DNA from: Pseudomonadota bacterium | Lineage (GTDB): Bacteria; Desulfobacterota; Desulfobacteria; Desulfobacterales; RPRI01 | Direction of reading: 5' to 3' | Assembly (NCBI GenBank): GCA_043825875.1 | Contig: JBDRRF010000031.1 | Span: 1 to 64,000 of the forward strand | DNA: 64,000 bases | Shown: positions 48,279 through 58,674 of the stretch, piece after piece | How the letters are laid out: every line of letters starts with the position of its first letter | Position numbering within the stretch: the stretch's first letter is position 1 | Made by a program: the position numbers and the translations under genes | Notes under the pieces: model-generated | What the model was told of the DNA's origin: nothing | Database searches by the model: none | The model's input: the letters and a program-made list of their open reading frames with translations, nothing else

Positions 48279-49019
48279 ATGGTTGATTCTTTTTTTGATG
48301 CACTGCCTGAGTATTTAGAACTTATTATGGGATATATCCCTGTTCTTATAATAATAGCAATTCCCATTGCTGTGTTTATAGTGCGTCGGAAAACGCAAAA
48401 CGAAACAAACATTGCCAAACAAACCGCTGGCATGCTGGGACTTCGTTATATTAACGTAGCTGAAGAAATGAAAGATAAAAAGCCTGAAGATTCATTTTTA
48501 TTAGGTTTGCTTTCAGGCTGGTCTCCGTGGGCAATGGAAGGAACGTATAATAATATACCGGTAAGGGTAGAATCGATAGTAAAAGGCAAGCAGCAACGGT
48601 ATATCGCTCATAGTGACAGAGTCAGCGTCAGCAATCCAACCAGAACATCGTATTCAAGAGGTACAACATATGTCGCGTCTTTTGAAAAACCCTTGCCTTT
48701 TGATATCGCCATACATAAAAAAGTAAACATGCCTTTCGGTTTTCCACAGCTTCATGCAACCGATGCGATAGAAACAGGCGATGAAGAATTGGACCAAATG
48801 CTGGAAATATCGGGAAATGATAAAAGTAATATTCAGAAATGGCTGAATTTAAATCAGAGAAAAGATGTTTTGAAAAGGATGTTTCGGGCAAGTCTTTCGG
48901 TAAACATCAACAGCAAAGGCTTGCTTTTACATGATCTACACAGCAAAGCGGAATATGATCACGTGCGAAATAATTTAAAAACATTGAACGACACAATTTT
49001 AAAACTTCAGATGGATTGA
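48279..49019 (+). CDS. Hypothetical membrane-anchored protein
   Basis: N-terminal TM helix; RBS GAGG. Confidence 0.65.
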   Translation: MVDSFFDALPEYLELIMGYIPVLIIIAIPIAVFIVRRKTQNETNIAKQTAGMLGLRYINVAEEMKDKKPEDSFLLGLLSGWSPWAMEGTYNNIPVRVESIVKGKQQRYIAHSDRVSVSNPTRTSYSRGTTYVASFEKPLPFDIAIHKKVNMPFGFPQLHATDAIETGDEELDQMLEISGNDKSNIQKWLNLNQRKDVLKRMFRASLSVNINSKGLLLHDLHSKAEYDHVRNNLKTLNDTILKLQMD

Positions 49020-49600
49020 AGAAGGTATACCAGCAAATGAACCGCAAAAACCCATGGAAGGCAATAAGTACAAAAACGATCTATGAAAACCCTTGGCTTC
49101 GCTTACGTGAAGATAAAGTCATCCGGCCTGATGGTAAAGATGGGATTTATGGTGTAGTAGAAATAAAGCCATCGATAGGAGTTGTAGCTATAAATGAGAA
49201 AGATGAAATTGCTATAGTCGGGCAATGGAGATATACGCTTAATAAATACTCATGGGAAATTCCAACCGGAGGATCTGCAACAGAAGATGAAACAATCCTT
49301 GATGCAGCAAAAAGAGAACTTGAAGAAGAAACCGGAATTCAAGCCGCAGAATGGACTGCTCTCGGTAGTATAGACAATAGTAATGGAGTAACAACTGATG
49401 TGGCGCATTTGTTTCTGGCAAAGCATCTTACCTGTGCCACTTCCAAGCAGGAACCAAATGAACAGATAGTCAATAAATGGATAAGCTCTGAACGTGCAGT
49501 GCAGATGGTAATGGAAGGAGAAATTACCGAATCATGCAGCGTAGCTGCTATTCTCAAAGTTGACAAACTGAAAGCAAATAACTTCCATTTTAGCATATGA
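49016..49600 (+). CDS. NUDIX hydrolase (ADP-ribose pyrophosphatase-like)
   Basis: WEIPTGG..E....AAKRELEEETG Nudix box; alternative start ATG 49037. Confidence 0.9.
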   Translation: MKKVYQQMNRKNPWKAISTKTIYENPWLRLREDKVIRPDGKDGIYGVVEIKPSIGVVAINEKDEIAIVGQWRYTLNKYSWEIPTGGSATEDETILDAAKRELEEETGIQAAEWTALGSIDNSNGVTTDVAHLFLAKHLTCATSKQEPNEQIVNKWISSERAVQMVMEGEITESCSVAAILKVDKLKANNFHFSI

Positions 49601-49864
49601 AACAAATAAAGCGGCATTCTTATGGAGATATTAAAGACATTCAACACAATCTACTTTGAACTACTAACATCAGCCCACACTGCCAACTCATTGCCGCTGG
49701 GCTCTAAAAAATGAAAACGGCGCCCACCTGGAAATGAGAATATAGGCTTTAGTATTATACCACCAGCCTGTTTAACCTTAGCTTGAGTGGTCTCATTCAT
49801 TATTTATATTCATGCCACATAAAGTCAGAGCTTAGTTGTTTGGCACGCTTGCCTGCAAACCCTT

Positions 49865-50006
49865 GAGCCAGTTTCAAAACGCCCCATTTTGGCCGATCTC
49901 TGCGTTGGATGAAAATTATAATCCTCATAATCCTCAATGTATTCCTGCGGTTAAAATTTTCTCCCGCTTTGAGCTTGATCAAACTGAAACGTTTTGAAAG
50001 TGGCTC
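49865..50006 (-). mobile_element. MITE-A copy 6 (diverged interior)
   Basis: Same TIRs; direct repeat CCTT. Confidence 0.88.
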
Positions 50007-50093
50007 CCTTAAATAAAGTTTTAATCGCAGTGCCTTTTCGCACACAAGGGCAGATCTGCAAGCGTGTCATGTCGACAAATAGTTTAAGAAGGA

Positions 50094-50666
50094 TCAACTG
50101 CCTATTTGATCATTTATAAATGATGTAAGAATATCATCTATAGCCAGTTTGGTTGATTGATCTACAGCATTCTTCATAGTAAATACGCCTCCTAAGAAAA
50201 CTTTTCCGCCTTGACTCTTTCCCTCTGCCGTATAAGTTTTTTCAGATACCGTCTTTGAATTGTCAATGCGCGTAATCTTAAGAGTAACAAATGTCCGGAA
50301 ATTTTCAAACCTATACTCTATCAAATCAAAAACCAATAAATTCCCTTGGGTATTATCTCCCGAGGCTTTTACTAATTTACCAAATGCGTTTTGAACATCC
50401 CTGGACTCTAAAGTATCCTCAAGTACTTTTCCAAATTCAACAATCCATGCATGCGCTAACCCGGCAGAAGCAGCACGAAATTTATAACTATGAGTTTTTG
50501 TATTCTCAGTTAATTTATATTGTGCCTCTAACGATGTTTTTGGAAAACTATTATTACCCTCATTGTTTATAAGATATTGCTGATAGTCCTTAGCGATATA
50601 ATGATTGAAACAACCTGTGAATACTAACAGCATAGATAAGGATAAAACCAACTTAAAAGTTTTCAT
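50094..50666 (-). CDS. Putative lipoprotein
   Basis: Signal peptide with FTGC lipobox; RBS GGAGG. Confidence 0.75.
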   Translation of the reverse strand: MKTFKLVLSLSMLLVFTGCFNHYIAKDYQQYLINNEGNNSFPKTSLEAQYKLTENTKTHSYKFRAASAGLAHAWIVEFGKVLEDTLESRDVQNAFGKLVKASGDNTQGNLLVFDLIEYRFENFRTFVTLKITRIDNSKTVSEKTYTAEGKSQGGKVFLGGVFTMKNAVDQSTKLAIDDILTSFINDQIGS

Positions 50667-51016
50667 ACTACCTCCGATTTTTCACAAAGATTAATATAGA
50701 TATATTTTACACAACAACTGAACGTGGGGAAAATAGACTAAATTTGTTTTGCATAAAGCATGTTAAAAACTATATGTCAATATAAAGAGAACGGCACTTT
50801 CTCCGGTGGCTAAGCTATGGAGTTAAATAAAAGATGGCTCAGAAATAAGAAGTTAAGGAATCAATGCTTCCCTTTTATGACTATTTTTAATATCGACAGT
50901 TCCGTTTTTTAAAATCCGATAATATCTTCTTCTGTTTTCTAACACTGGCTTAACCAAAGGTCCGGTTTTTTATAGCATAGCCATTTTTATTTTACTACCT
51001 TGGCAAATTTATTGCT

Positions 51017-51598
51017 CTACACGTTTAATTTTTTCAGCAAAAAAGCCATATTTCGGCCAAGCACTTTCATGGTCCCAAGTCCCCTCTCATCTTTCTCAAC
51101 ATCTCCTTTATCATTACCCAGGGCCATGTTGAAATAGTTTGCTCCCACAATAAACATTTCAAGGCATAAGAAGAAAGAATCCATCATCATTAATGCCTGG
51201 GTCGTTCCACTTACAGTGCCTACGCTGACACTAGCACCAGCTTTATGCCTTAACAATCCGGGATTTGCATATGCTACCAGGCCTGCTCTGTCAATAAACG
51301 CCTTCATTTCTGTTGTAACATTGCTAAAATAGGTAGGAGAGCCCAATATTATTCCATCAGCTTTGATCATCTTTTCAATGCATTCGTTAATGAAATCATC
51401 AATTGACAAACATTTGTACTCATTCTCTTTCTGTTCAAAACACTTATAACAAGCTATGCATCCTTTGATATCCTTTCCGGCCAGATTGACTACCTCTGTT
51501 TCGATTCCTTCTTTTTCCAACTCCTCGAATACTGTTTTTATCAATATTGATGTATTACCGTTTTTTCTTGGACTGCCATTAAATGCAACAACCTTCAT
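51017..51598 (-). CDS. Iron-sulfur flavoprotein (Isf/flavodoxin family), paralog 1
   Basis: NGSPRKNGNT, CIACYKC..C, GSPTYF; start MKVVAF at 51598. Confidence 0.9.
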   Translation of the reverse strand: MKVVAFNGSPRKNGNTSILIKTVFEELEKEGIETEVVNLAGKDIKGCIACYKCFEQKENEYKCLSIDDFINECIEKMIKADGIILGSPTYFSNVTTEMKAFIDRAGLVAYANPGLLRHKAGASVSVGTVSGTTQALMMMDSFFLCLEMFIVGANYFNMALGNDKGDVEKDERGLGTMKVLGRNMAFLLKKLNV

Positions 51599-51622
51599 TT
51601 TAACCTCCATTTTTGATTTCAG

Positions 51623-51764
51623 GAGCCACTTTCAAAACGTTTTAGTTTGGTCAAGGTCAAGGCGGGTTAAAATTTTAACCGCAGGAATACATGTAGTATT
51701 TCGAGGATTAAAATTTTATCCCAACGCAGAGATCGGCCAAAATGGGACGTTTTGAAACTGGCTC
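51623..51764 (+). mobile_element. MITE-A copy 7 (diverged interior)
   Basis: Same TIRs; direct repeat TCAG. Confidence 0.88.
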
Positions 51765-51887
51765 TCAGGTTTATGTTTAAAAAGCCTACACATGGCGGCA
51801 GATAAAATGCCGTCCTACTATTTATAAATAGGAAGGATATTTTCAATTTCAGCAATCAGGCATTTTTTAAAGATATATGAATACCGT

Positions 51888-52259
51888 TTACTTTTTAGCA
51901 GGGATTATTTCAAGCCAGTATCCATCCGGATCTTCAATGAAATATATTCCCATTTCCTGGTTTTCATAACAGATACAGCCCATTTTTTTATGTTTGCCGT
52001 AAGCAGCTTCATAATCATCTGCAACAAATGCGAGATGCAGATCATTATCACCGTGGTTGTATGCTCCTTCCCGATCGCTTAACCATGTGAGTTCAATCTG
52101 GTAGTTGTTGGCTCCATCAGAAATATACACGAGCTTAAATTTACCGTCAGTCTGATCATAAGTACGCACTTGGCGTAACCCGAGCGCTTCCTGATAAAAA
52201 GCCAGACTTTTCTCAAGATCAAGAACATTAATATTTGTATGTGCTAATTTGAATTTCAT
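51888..52259 (-). CDS. Lactoylglutathione lyase / VOC family
   Basis: HTNINV.DLEKSLAFY, ELTW, HLAF, FIEDPDGYWLE. Confidence 0.9.
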   Translation of the reverse strand: MKFKLAHTNINVLDLEKSLAFYQEALGLRQVRTYDQTDGKFKLVYISDGANNYQIELTWLSDREGAYNHGDNDLHLAFVADDYEAAYGKHKKMGCICYENQEMGIYFIEDPDGYWLEIIPAKK

Positions 52260-52605
52260 TTTTAATCCCTCAATCCGGTTAATGAATTCCTATTTTTGAT
52301 ATTATGCTACGTTCCAACATTTCCCAGCAAGCTATATTTCTTTCTGCTGCGTCAAAACTATTTCACGGAGTGGAGCAGTTACAAAATGCATCTTATAAAT
52401 AGCCTTATTGATTGTAACCTATGACATTCTATGATATTTGAAAAAAACTGGGATTTTAAATAAGCCTGTCCATAATATGCTGTTTTTGTATAAAATGTCA
52501 CCTGATAAAATATATTTATTAATAAGATATCTCAACTCAAAAATAAAATACTCCATATAATTGATAAATAAAATATTCCGTTAGCTTATTTTAGGAGAAA
52601 GCAAA

Positions 52606-54579
52606 ATGACAAAACTATACGGATATACAGGTAAAATCTTAAGTGTAGATTTATCGTCCGGAAAGCTTACCTCCATACCAACTATGAATTATGCGGATAA
52701 ATATATTGGAGGCAGGGGGATTGCTGCAAAGATTTTCTGGGATGAAGTGCCACCGGAAGTTGGTGCATTTGATCCCCAAAACCGCTTGATATTTATGACC
52801 GGTCCCCTTGCAGGAATTCCCGGATTAGGTGCATCAAGGTGGACAGTATGTAGTAAATCTCCTGTTACTATCCCAGACCATTTTACCTACAGTAATTTTG
52901 GAGGAAGATGGGGTGCTCAGCTGAAATTCGCCGGTTATGATGGGATTGTGGTTTATGGCAAATCTGATAAACCCGTTTATCTTTTCATCAAGGATGGCGT
53001 AGCCGGAATAAAAGACGCCTCTCATTTATGGGGCAAAAGTACTCTGGCAACACGGGAGATTTTGAAGGGAGAACTAGGAGAAAAAGTGGCCGTGGTCGCA
53101 TGTGGCCCTGCCGGTGAAAACGGCGTAGTCTTTTCTACTCTTATTGCTGATAACGATGCCAGCGGCGCCAAGGGCTTCGCATCAGTTATGGGGGCTAAAA
53201 ATCTCAAGGCCATTGCTGTTATGGGTACAACAAAACCCGTTGTAGCTGATCCAAAGAGATTAAACGATCTGAGAAGATATTTTTTTAAATTGTGGGAGGG
53301 TTCACGTGCTCTTAACGACAGAAGAGCTGAAATCGGCAAGCTGAAAAAGGATAACTGTTACGGCTGTATCGGTGTTTGCAACAGATCCAAACGCGAATTA
53401 GAAGACGGCACAATGCATAAATCGCTTTGTGCACCTCCTACCGTGTTTTATATTGTTGGTTCAATGTATTATGGCGATATGAATAAGATGCCGGCTAATG
53501 AAATTCCGATGCGCGCCGTTAAATTGCTTGATGAATATGGTATCGATGTTCATTCTCTCCTGCCTATAATGATGTGGATCTTAAGTTGTGCAAAGGCGGG
53601 TATCTTAACTGAAAAAGAAATAGGACTTCCACTATCTAAATTCGGTAGCCTGGAATTTATAGAAGCCTTATTAAAAATGATTTCATACAGGGAAGGCTTT
53701 GGAGATATTCTTGCACAAGGACTTTTTCAAGCAGCCGAATCTGTTGGAAAGGGATCTGTGGAAGTACTCGAAAATTTGCCGTTTGCTTTTGGCATGGACG
53801 CACGTCTCATGCCTTATTGTCCAAGACAGTTCCCCGCGCATGGTCTTTTATATGCAATGGAGCCAACGCTGCCGATAGAACAGGTGCATGAAACGGCATT
53901 TATGATTTACAAGTGGATTTTCTGGGCTGACAGAAATTATGCGGACAAAAAAAGTCTTATAACCTACAGCGGAAATCCTAATGTTTCCAGTGAAGTATTT
54001 CGCAAAGTCGCCAAAAGGTTTTGGGGAAGTACGCAGGCCGCTGATTTTTCCACCTATGAGGGTAAGGCAATGGCTGCAAAAATGATACAGGACAGGTCAT
54101 ATTTAAAAGAAAGCCTGGGTCTTTGCGAATGGCTCTGGCCGGCGTTGACGACTAATTCGGGGGATTACGTCGGAGACCCTTCCGTTGAAAGCAAGGTCTA
54201 CTCGGCTGTTACAGGAAACAATGTTGATGAACAAGAACTTTATCGTATCGGCGAAAGAATCTTTAATCTCAGAAGAGCAATAACTACAAGAGAAGGAAGA
54301 AAAGGAAGAATATATGATACTATTCCCCGGGCAATGTTTTCCGTTCCGCTGAAGGAAGGTACCGACAATCCCAGAGCGCTGGCGCCGGGAAAGGAGGGGG
54401 AAATCATTTCCATGACCGGTGCTGTTGTAGACAAAGATAAGTTTGAAACCTTGAAAGATGAATATTATCAACTCAGGGGCTGGGATGTGGCGACCGGTCT
54501 CCAGACAAAGGCCAAGCTGGAAGAGCTTGATCTTCAAGACGTAGCCAAGGATCTGACTCAAAGGGGGCTTTTGAGTTAA
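52606..54579 (+). CDS. Aldehyde:ferredoxin oxidoreductase family (tungstopterin)
   Basis: GYTGKIL.VDLS, GGRG, SNFGG.WG..LKFAGYD, GPAGE, MGAKNLKAI, CYGC, YYQLRGWD. Confidence 0.9.
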   Translation: MTKLYGYTGKILSVDLSSGKLTSIPTMNYADKYIGGRGIAAKIFWDEVPPEVGAFDPQNRLIFMTGPLAGIPGLGASRWTVCSKSPVTIPDHFTYSNFGGRWGAQLKFAGYDGIVVYGKSDKPVYLFIKDGVAGIKDASHLWGKSTLATREILKGELGEKVAVVACGPAGENGVVFSTLIADNDASGAKGFASVMGAKNLKAIAVMGTTKPVVADPKRLNDLRRYFFKLWEGSRALNDRRAEIGKLKKDNCYGCIGVCNRSKRELEDGTMHKSLCAPPTVFYIVGSMYYGDMNKMPANEIPMRAVKLLDEYGIDVHSLLPIMMWILSCAKAGILTEKEIGLPLSKFGSLEFIEALLKMISYREGFGDILAQGLFQAAESVGKGSVEVLENLPFAFGMDARLMPYCPRQFPAHGLLYAMEPTLPIEQVHETAFMIYKWIFWADRNYADKKSLITYSGNPNVSSEVFRKVAKRFWGSTQAADFSTYEGKAMAAKMIQDRSYLKESLGLCEWLWPALTTNSGDYVGDPSVESKVYSAVTGNNVDEQELYRIGERIFNLRRAITTREGRKGRIYDTIPRAMFSVPLKEGTDNPRALAPGKEGEIISMTGAVVDKDKFETLKDEYYQLRGWDVATGLQTKAKLEELDLQDVAKDLTQRGLLS

Positions 54580-54594
54580 AGCTTTGCAATTTAA

Positions 54595-55668
54595 ATGGAG
54601 GGCATGACAATGACAAAGGAAAGAGAAGCCAAAAGTGATGTGGAGTTAAGTGAAGAGATGAGTCACGCGGGGGAGTTGCGCCCGGGCGGTGACTTTCATG
54701 AGGTTCACGCCCAACTTTTCATGGGCGAGTCCCAGGGCTATGACATCTGTTTGGTGCCCAATGCCTGGCATGTTGGGGGTGGGAAAAAGGGAAAGTGGCG
54801 TGTTGATGACGCAATGATTTGCCAAACCACTTTTATTATAGTCCCAAAGGATTATCGGGGCAAGATGCATGATAACGACTTTATCAGTAACCGCCAGGAT
54901 GCCACCGAGTGGCAGGATGATGTTCGAATAGAAGAAAAGGGCGAAAGCGTAATCTGGCATGCGGGTAACCGCCAATACATCTCCCGCCCGCCTTATTGGG
55001 AGGTTAAAGGTGAGCATATGGGCGTGGATTGCGATTTGATTCTTGGAGGTCTGGGGAACACTACGCGAACCTTCGGAGCATGGTCTGACTTGAACAAGAA
55101 CGGGAAGGCCGGATACGACCATCGTTGTTGGGCTGAGGGCACAATAACCGTTGGAGGAAAGAAGCATACCCTTGAAAAGGGATTTGGCATCCACGAACTC
55201 ATGGCCTTCGGCAATTCATGGGATCAAATGGTAATCATGCGCAATCCCTATTACTGGATAGTCTCTATGAATGAATCAATGCAGATATATCTTGTGAATG
55301 TACCCGGTCTTGGTTTCAGTTATGGCCGCGTTTATCTGGATGACAAGGAGATCCCTTTTGGAAAGGGTGAAGTAACCATAGATGAGCTGGAGCTATGGAT
55401 TGACCCTAAGACAGGCATGCAAGCTCCAATCCGTTGGCATCTTAATATGAATTCTGCGCATGGCGTTTTGGACATGGAGATGACCGCCTACGCGAGGGGC
55501 TTGTACTGCGTCATGACTAGTGGGGGCTATACCATGCGCAATTGCTTTATGATACGCAGCAACGGTCGGTTTTTTCTTCCTACCGGACAAAGTGTTCCCA
55601 TTCAAGATATGATGACGTATATGGAATGGGGCAGATCCGCCATGCCTCTGGAAGGAGGAACAACTTAA
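54595..55668 (+). CDS. Hypothetical beta-rich protein (possibly lipocalin/AttH-like fold)
   Basis: Long ORF in the AOR operon; W..PKTG..AP.RW-type motif. Confidence 0.6.
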   Translation: MEGMTMTKEREAKSDVELSEEMSHAGELRPGGDFHEVHAQLFMGESQGYDICLVPNAWHVGGGKKGKWRVDDAMICQTTFIIVPKDYRGKMHDNDFISNRQDATEWQDDVRIEEKGESVIWHAGNRQYISRPPYWEVKGEHMGVDCDLILGGLGNTTRTFGAWSDLNKNGKAGYDHRCWAEGTITVGGKKHTLEKGFGIHELMAFGNSWDQMVIMRNPYYWIVSMNESMQIYLVNVPGLGFSYGRVYLDDKEIPFGKGEVTIDELELWIDPKTGMQAPIRWHLNMNSAHGVLDMEMTAYARGLYCVMTSGGYTMRNCFMIRSNGRFFLPTGQSVPIQDMMTYMEWGRSAMPLEGGTT

Positions 55669-55710
55669 TACGGATTACATCTCATACTGTTGATATATGG
55701 AGAAAAGTAA

Positions 55711-56976
55711 ATGAGTTTTTCAAATGAGAAAGAACTTGAAATGGTTTTCAAGTACCCTCTGTTTGAGGCATTGGCGCACCGTAGAACGAGAAGGTTTCCC
55801 TTAGGGGGCACTCTTGCTAAAGGCTTGTTGCAACATAGTTCACAGCAAGAACCGCTGCCGCTAAATGATCTCGAAACAGCTTTGTTATGCTGGGCCGGAG
55901 CCGGTATAAACGGAACGGTTACCGGTGATTCCCCCACAGATATCGAGGACCAGGGAACTGCATGGGGAACATGGGTGGGAAGAACTGTTCCGGCAGCCTG
56001 TAATGTACAAAACACCAAGATCTTCTTTACAAACGATACGGGAACTTTTTTATACAATCCCCAAAAAGCCACCAAAGCAGTAGAAATTGAGACCGAGAAA
56101 GACCGGCAAAAAATCATGAACTATTTTAAAAATGATTGTGTCAAACTTTTCGATGGAAGAGCGGAATTTATTCCTGCCGGAGGTTATGGTGCGACAAATT
56201 GGAATATAGGCAAGCCGGGGACTACTGTTTTCATGCCCATAGTAGACCAGTCTGAAGAGTATCTTAATGTTTTGTTTGTTCTTTTTCAAAGTGAAGGTTA
56301 CAAAATAATAAATGACCTAAAGGGAGGAGAACCGGCAGGTATAGGAAAGTGGATTGAAAAAGGTGCAATCAAAGGTCCGGAAGTTCCTTTTTCTTCTTTT
56401 GAGTTCAATGCCCTGATGATCAATATTGCCCCGGTTTACGCTATGCTTCAGAACATAAGTCTGGCTGCCGAAGCAATGGGGCTTGGTCAGGTTGTATTCG
56501 CAGGTCATTCGGGAGTCATGATGCTCGGAATTACTCCGTTTACAAAAGGCCTTGGATTTCGATCCGCAAAAACCAAAGATGGAAATCTAAATGCTGTGGG
56601 GTTGGATGGTATTTTCCAGCCATACTGTCCGCCCTATTACAAGGATATGGGAGAGGCTGTGGATGCTTTTGTAGAAAAGAAGTTCGGTCATGGCGGAATA
56701 TTTGATTCGAATTATCCAGGTGCGGTACCGTTTAAAGATGATAAAGAGTTTCTTGCCAAATATGAAAAACCGTCTTCAGAGGTAATAAATATCGTAAAAG
56801 ACTATGCAAATTATGTATACGACAATTACGGCAGATTCCCCGGAACCTTTGATACTATACTTTTAAGGACGTGGATACAGGTTCATCATCTGGATCTGGA
56901 ATTTTACGACAAGCATATGGTTCCAGGCCTGATAAATGATACACACCGAAGCCATATGAAACATTGGCATAAATAA
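55711..56976 (+). CDS. Nitroreductase-like conserved protein
   Basis: ALAHRRTRRF, LLCWAGAG, RTVPAAC, LQNISLAAEAMGLG. Confidence 0.65.
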   Translation: MSFSNEKELEMVFKYPLFEALAHRRTRRFPLGGTLAKGLLQHSSQQEPLPLNDLETALLCWAGAGINGTVTGDSPTDIEDQGTAWGTWVGRTVPAACNVQNTKIFFTNDTGTFLYNPQKATKAVEIETEKDRQKIMNYFKNDCVKLFDGRAEFIPAGGYGATNWNIGKPGTTVFMPIVDQSEEYLNVLFVLFQSEGYKIINDLKGGEPAGIGKWIEKGAIKGPEVPFSSFEFNALMINIAPVYAMLQNISLAAEAMGLGQVVFAGHSGVMMLGITPFTKGLGFRSAKTKDGNLNAVGLDGIFQPYCPPYYKDMGEAVDAFVEKKFGHGGIFDSNYPGAVPFKDDKEFLAKYEKPSSEVINIVKDYANYVYDNYGRFPGTFDTILLRTWIQVHHLDLEFYDKHMVPGLINDTHRSHMKHWHK

Positions 56977-57155
56977 CTGACATTTCCCAAAGCAACGTAA
57001 AATCTGAGCTTTTTGATTGAAAGGAATAAACTTTTTTAGTTTTTTAAATTGACGCTGTGTGTTTAATTAATTCCTGTTAAAGAACGGGTATTATTGCTGT
57101 AAGTAAAGATAAAATTACAACCTGCCATTTTATGCCAAATAATAAATAGTTAAGA

Positions 57156-57297
57156 GAGCCAGTTTCAAAACGTCCCATTTTGGCCGATCTCTGCGTTGGG
57201 CTCAAATTTCAATCCTCGAAATACTAAATGTATTCCTGTGGTTGAAATTTTCTCCCGCCTTGAGCTTGACCAAACTGAAACGTTTTGAAAGTGGCTC
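57156..57297 (-). mobile_element. MITE-A copy 8
   Basis: Same TIRs; direct repeat AAGA. Confidence 0.9.
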
Positions 57298-58066
57298 AAG
57301 ATCTTGGCCTTTTAGCTCCTCTGTTAGCTCGATCATTCTTCGAATCTTTCTTGTTTGGCAGGCGCGGCTCGCCACCACCAGGGGGCAGAAGCTTCTTGTC
57401 CTCCGAAACAACCCATACAAAACGCGACTGCGCTTTACTTCCTTTATAGGCCGGAACCCTGAAACGGCGCACATGGAATCCGCACCAAATCAAGAGCCGC
57501 TCGAATTTCTTATTCGGCTCGGCCGACCACACAGACAGGCACCCCTGTTCGCTCAATGCATGACGGCAGGCCATGATTCCTTCACTGCTGTATAAACGCC
57601 GATTACGTGAATCAGTTATTGCACTGGGGCCATTATCGATATCTATCAGAATCGCATCGAATCTGCTTTTAGAACCTGAGATAAGCTCAACAATATCTCC
57701 CGTCTCAATAGTAACCCGTTCGTCCTTTAGGGGATGGTCGTTTAGTTTTCCGAAATACTCACGATTCCATTCTACTACAGCACCCAACAGTTCACCCACC
57801 AATACTTTGGCGTTGGGGTTAAGCATATCGAGAGCCTGGCGCAAAGTATAGCCCATACCCAAGCCACCGATTAGTATTCTGGGAGCCTTCTGACCAACCA
57901 GATGCGCACAACCCAGTCGCGCCAGCTCCAGTTCCGACTCATTTTGGCGGCTGTGCATCAAATCATGGCCGTTGATATGGATAGAGAAATCCAGACCATG
58001 CTGATAAAGCACCATCTCGCCTCCATCCGGGGTCCGGGTTGTATCTATTTTTACTCTCGGGTTCAT
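57296..58066 (-). CDS. Spermidine-synthase-like SAM-dependent methyltransferase-fold protein
   Basis: LIGGLGMGYTL, FDAILIDIDNGP, VWS. Confidence 0.8.
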   Translation of the reverse strand: MNPRVKIDTTRTPDGGEMVLYQHGLDFSIHINGHDLMHSRQNESELELARLGCAHLVGQKAPRILIGGLGMGYTLRQALDMLNPNAKVLVGELLGAVVEWNREYFGKLNDHPLKDERVTIETGDIVELISGSKSRFDAILIDIDNGPSAITDSRNRRLYSSEGIMACRHALSEQGCLSVWSAEPNKKFERLLIWCGFHVRRFRVPAYKGSKAQSRFVWVVSEDKKLLPPGGGEPRLPNKKDSKNDRANRGAKRPRS

Positions 58067-58098
58067 ATTGAAATCCTATTTTTTACAAGTTATTCATT

Positions 58099-58674
58099 CT
58101 ATCCGTTTAATTTTTTAAGAAGTAAAGCCATGTTCTGACCAAGCACTTTCATGATCTGTAATCCCCATGCATCTTTCTCAACATCTCCTTTTTCCATGCC
58201 CAGAGCCATATTAGGGTAATTTGATCCCACAATAAACATTTCATGGGATAAAAACAAAGTGTTCATCATCATCAATGCTTGAGTTGCTCCGGTTCTATTG
58301 GCTACAGATACGCTTGCACCTACCTTATGCCTCAATATTCCGGCATTTGCAAATGCTACCATTCCGGCTCTGTCAATCAATGCTTTCATTTCTGTTGAGA
58401 CATTGCAAAAATAGGTGGGAGAACCCAATAGAATACCATCGGCCTTGATCATCTTTTTAATGCATACATTAATAAAATCATCAATTGCCACACATTTGAA
58501 GTTTTTCTTTTCAAGGCACTTGAAACAAGCTACGCATCCTTTGATATCCTTTCCGGCCAGTTGTACTATTTCTGTTTCAATTCCTTCATTTTCGATTTCC
58601 TCTAATACTGTTTTAATCAGGATTGACGTATTACCCTTTTTTCTGGGACTACCGTTAAATGCAACAACCTTCAT
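58099..58674 (-). CDS. Iron-sulfur flavoprotein (Isf/flavodoxin family), paralog 2
   Basis: NGSPRKKGNT, CVACFKC..C, GSPTYF; start MKVVAF at 58674. Confidence 0.9.
   Translation of the reverse strand: MKVVAFNGSPRKKGNTSILIKTVLEEIENEGIETEIVQLAGKDIKGCVACFKCLEKKNFKCVAIDDFINVCIKKMIKADGILLGSPTYFCNVSTEMKALIDRAGMVAFANAGILRHKVGASVSVANRTGATQALMMMNTLFLSHEMFIVGSNYPNMALGMEKGDVEKDAWGLQIMKVLGQNMALLLKKLNG

Noticed and set aside
49841..49856. TGGCACGCTTGCCTGC as a sigma54 promoter
   Set aside because: GG-to-GC spacing is off by one and no gene follows in that orientation
12710..57297. Repeats considered as a possible CRISPR array
   Set aside because: Dispersed, about 142 bp long, with TIRs and target duplications; no repeat-spacer periodicity and no cas genes
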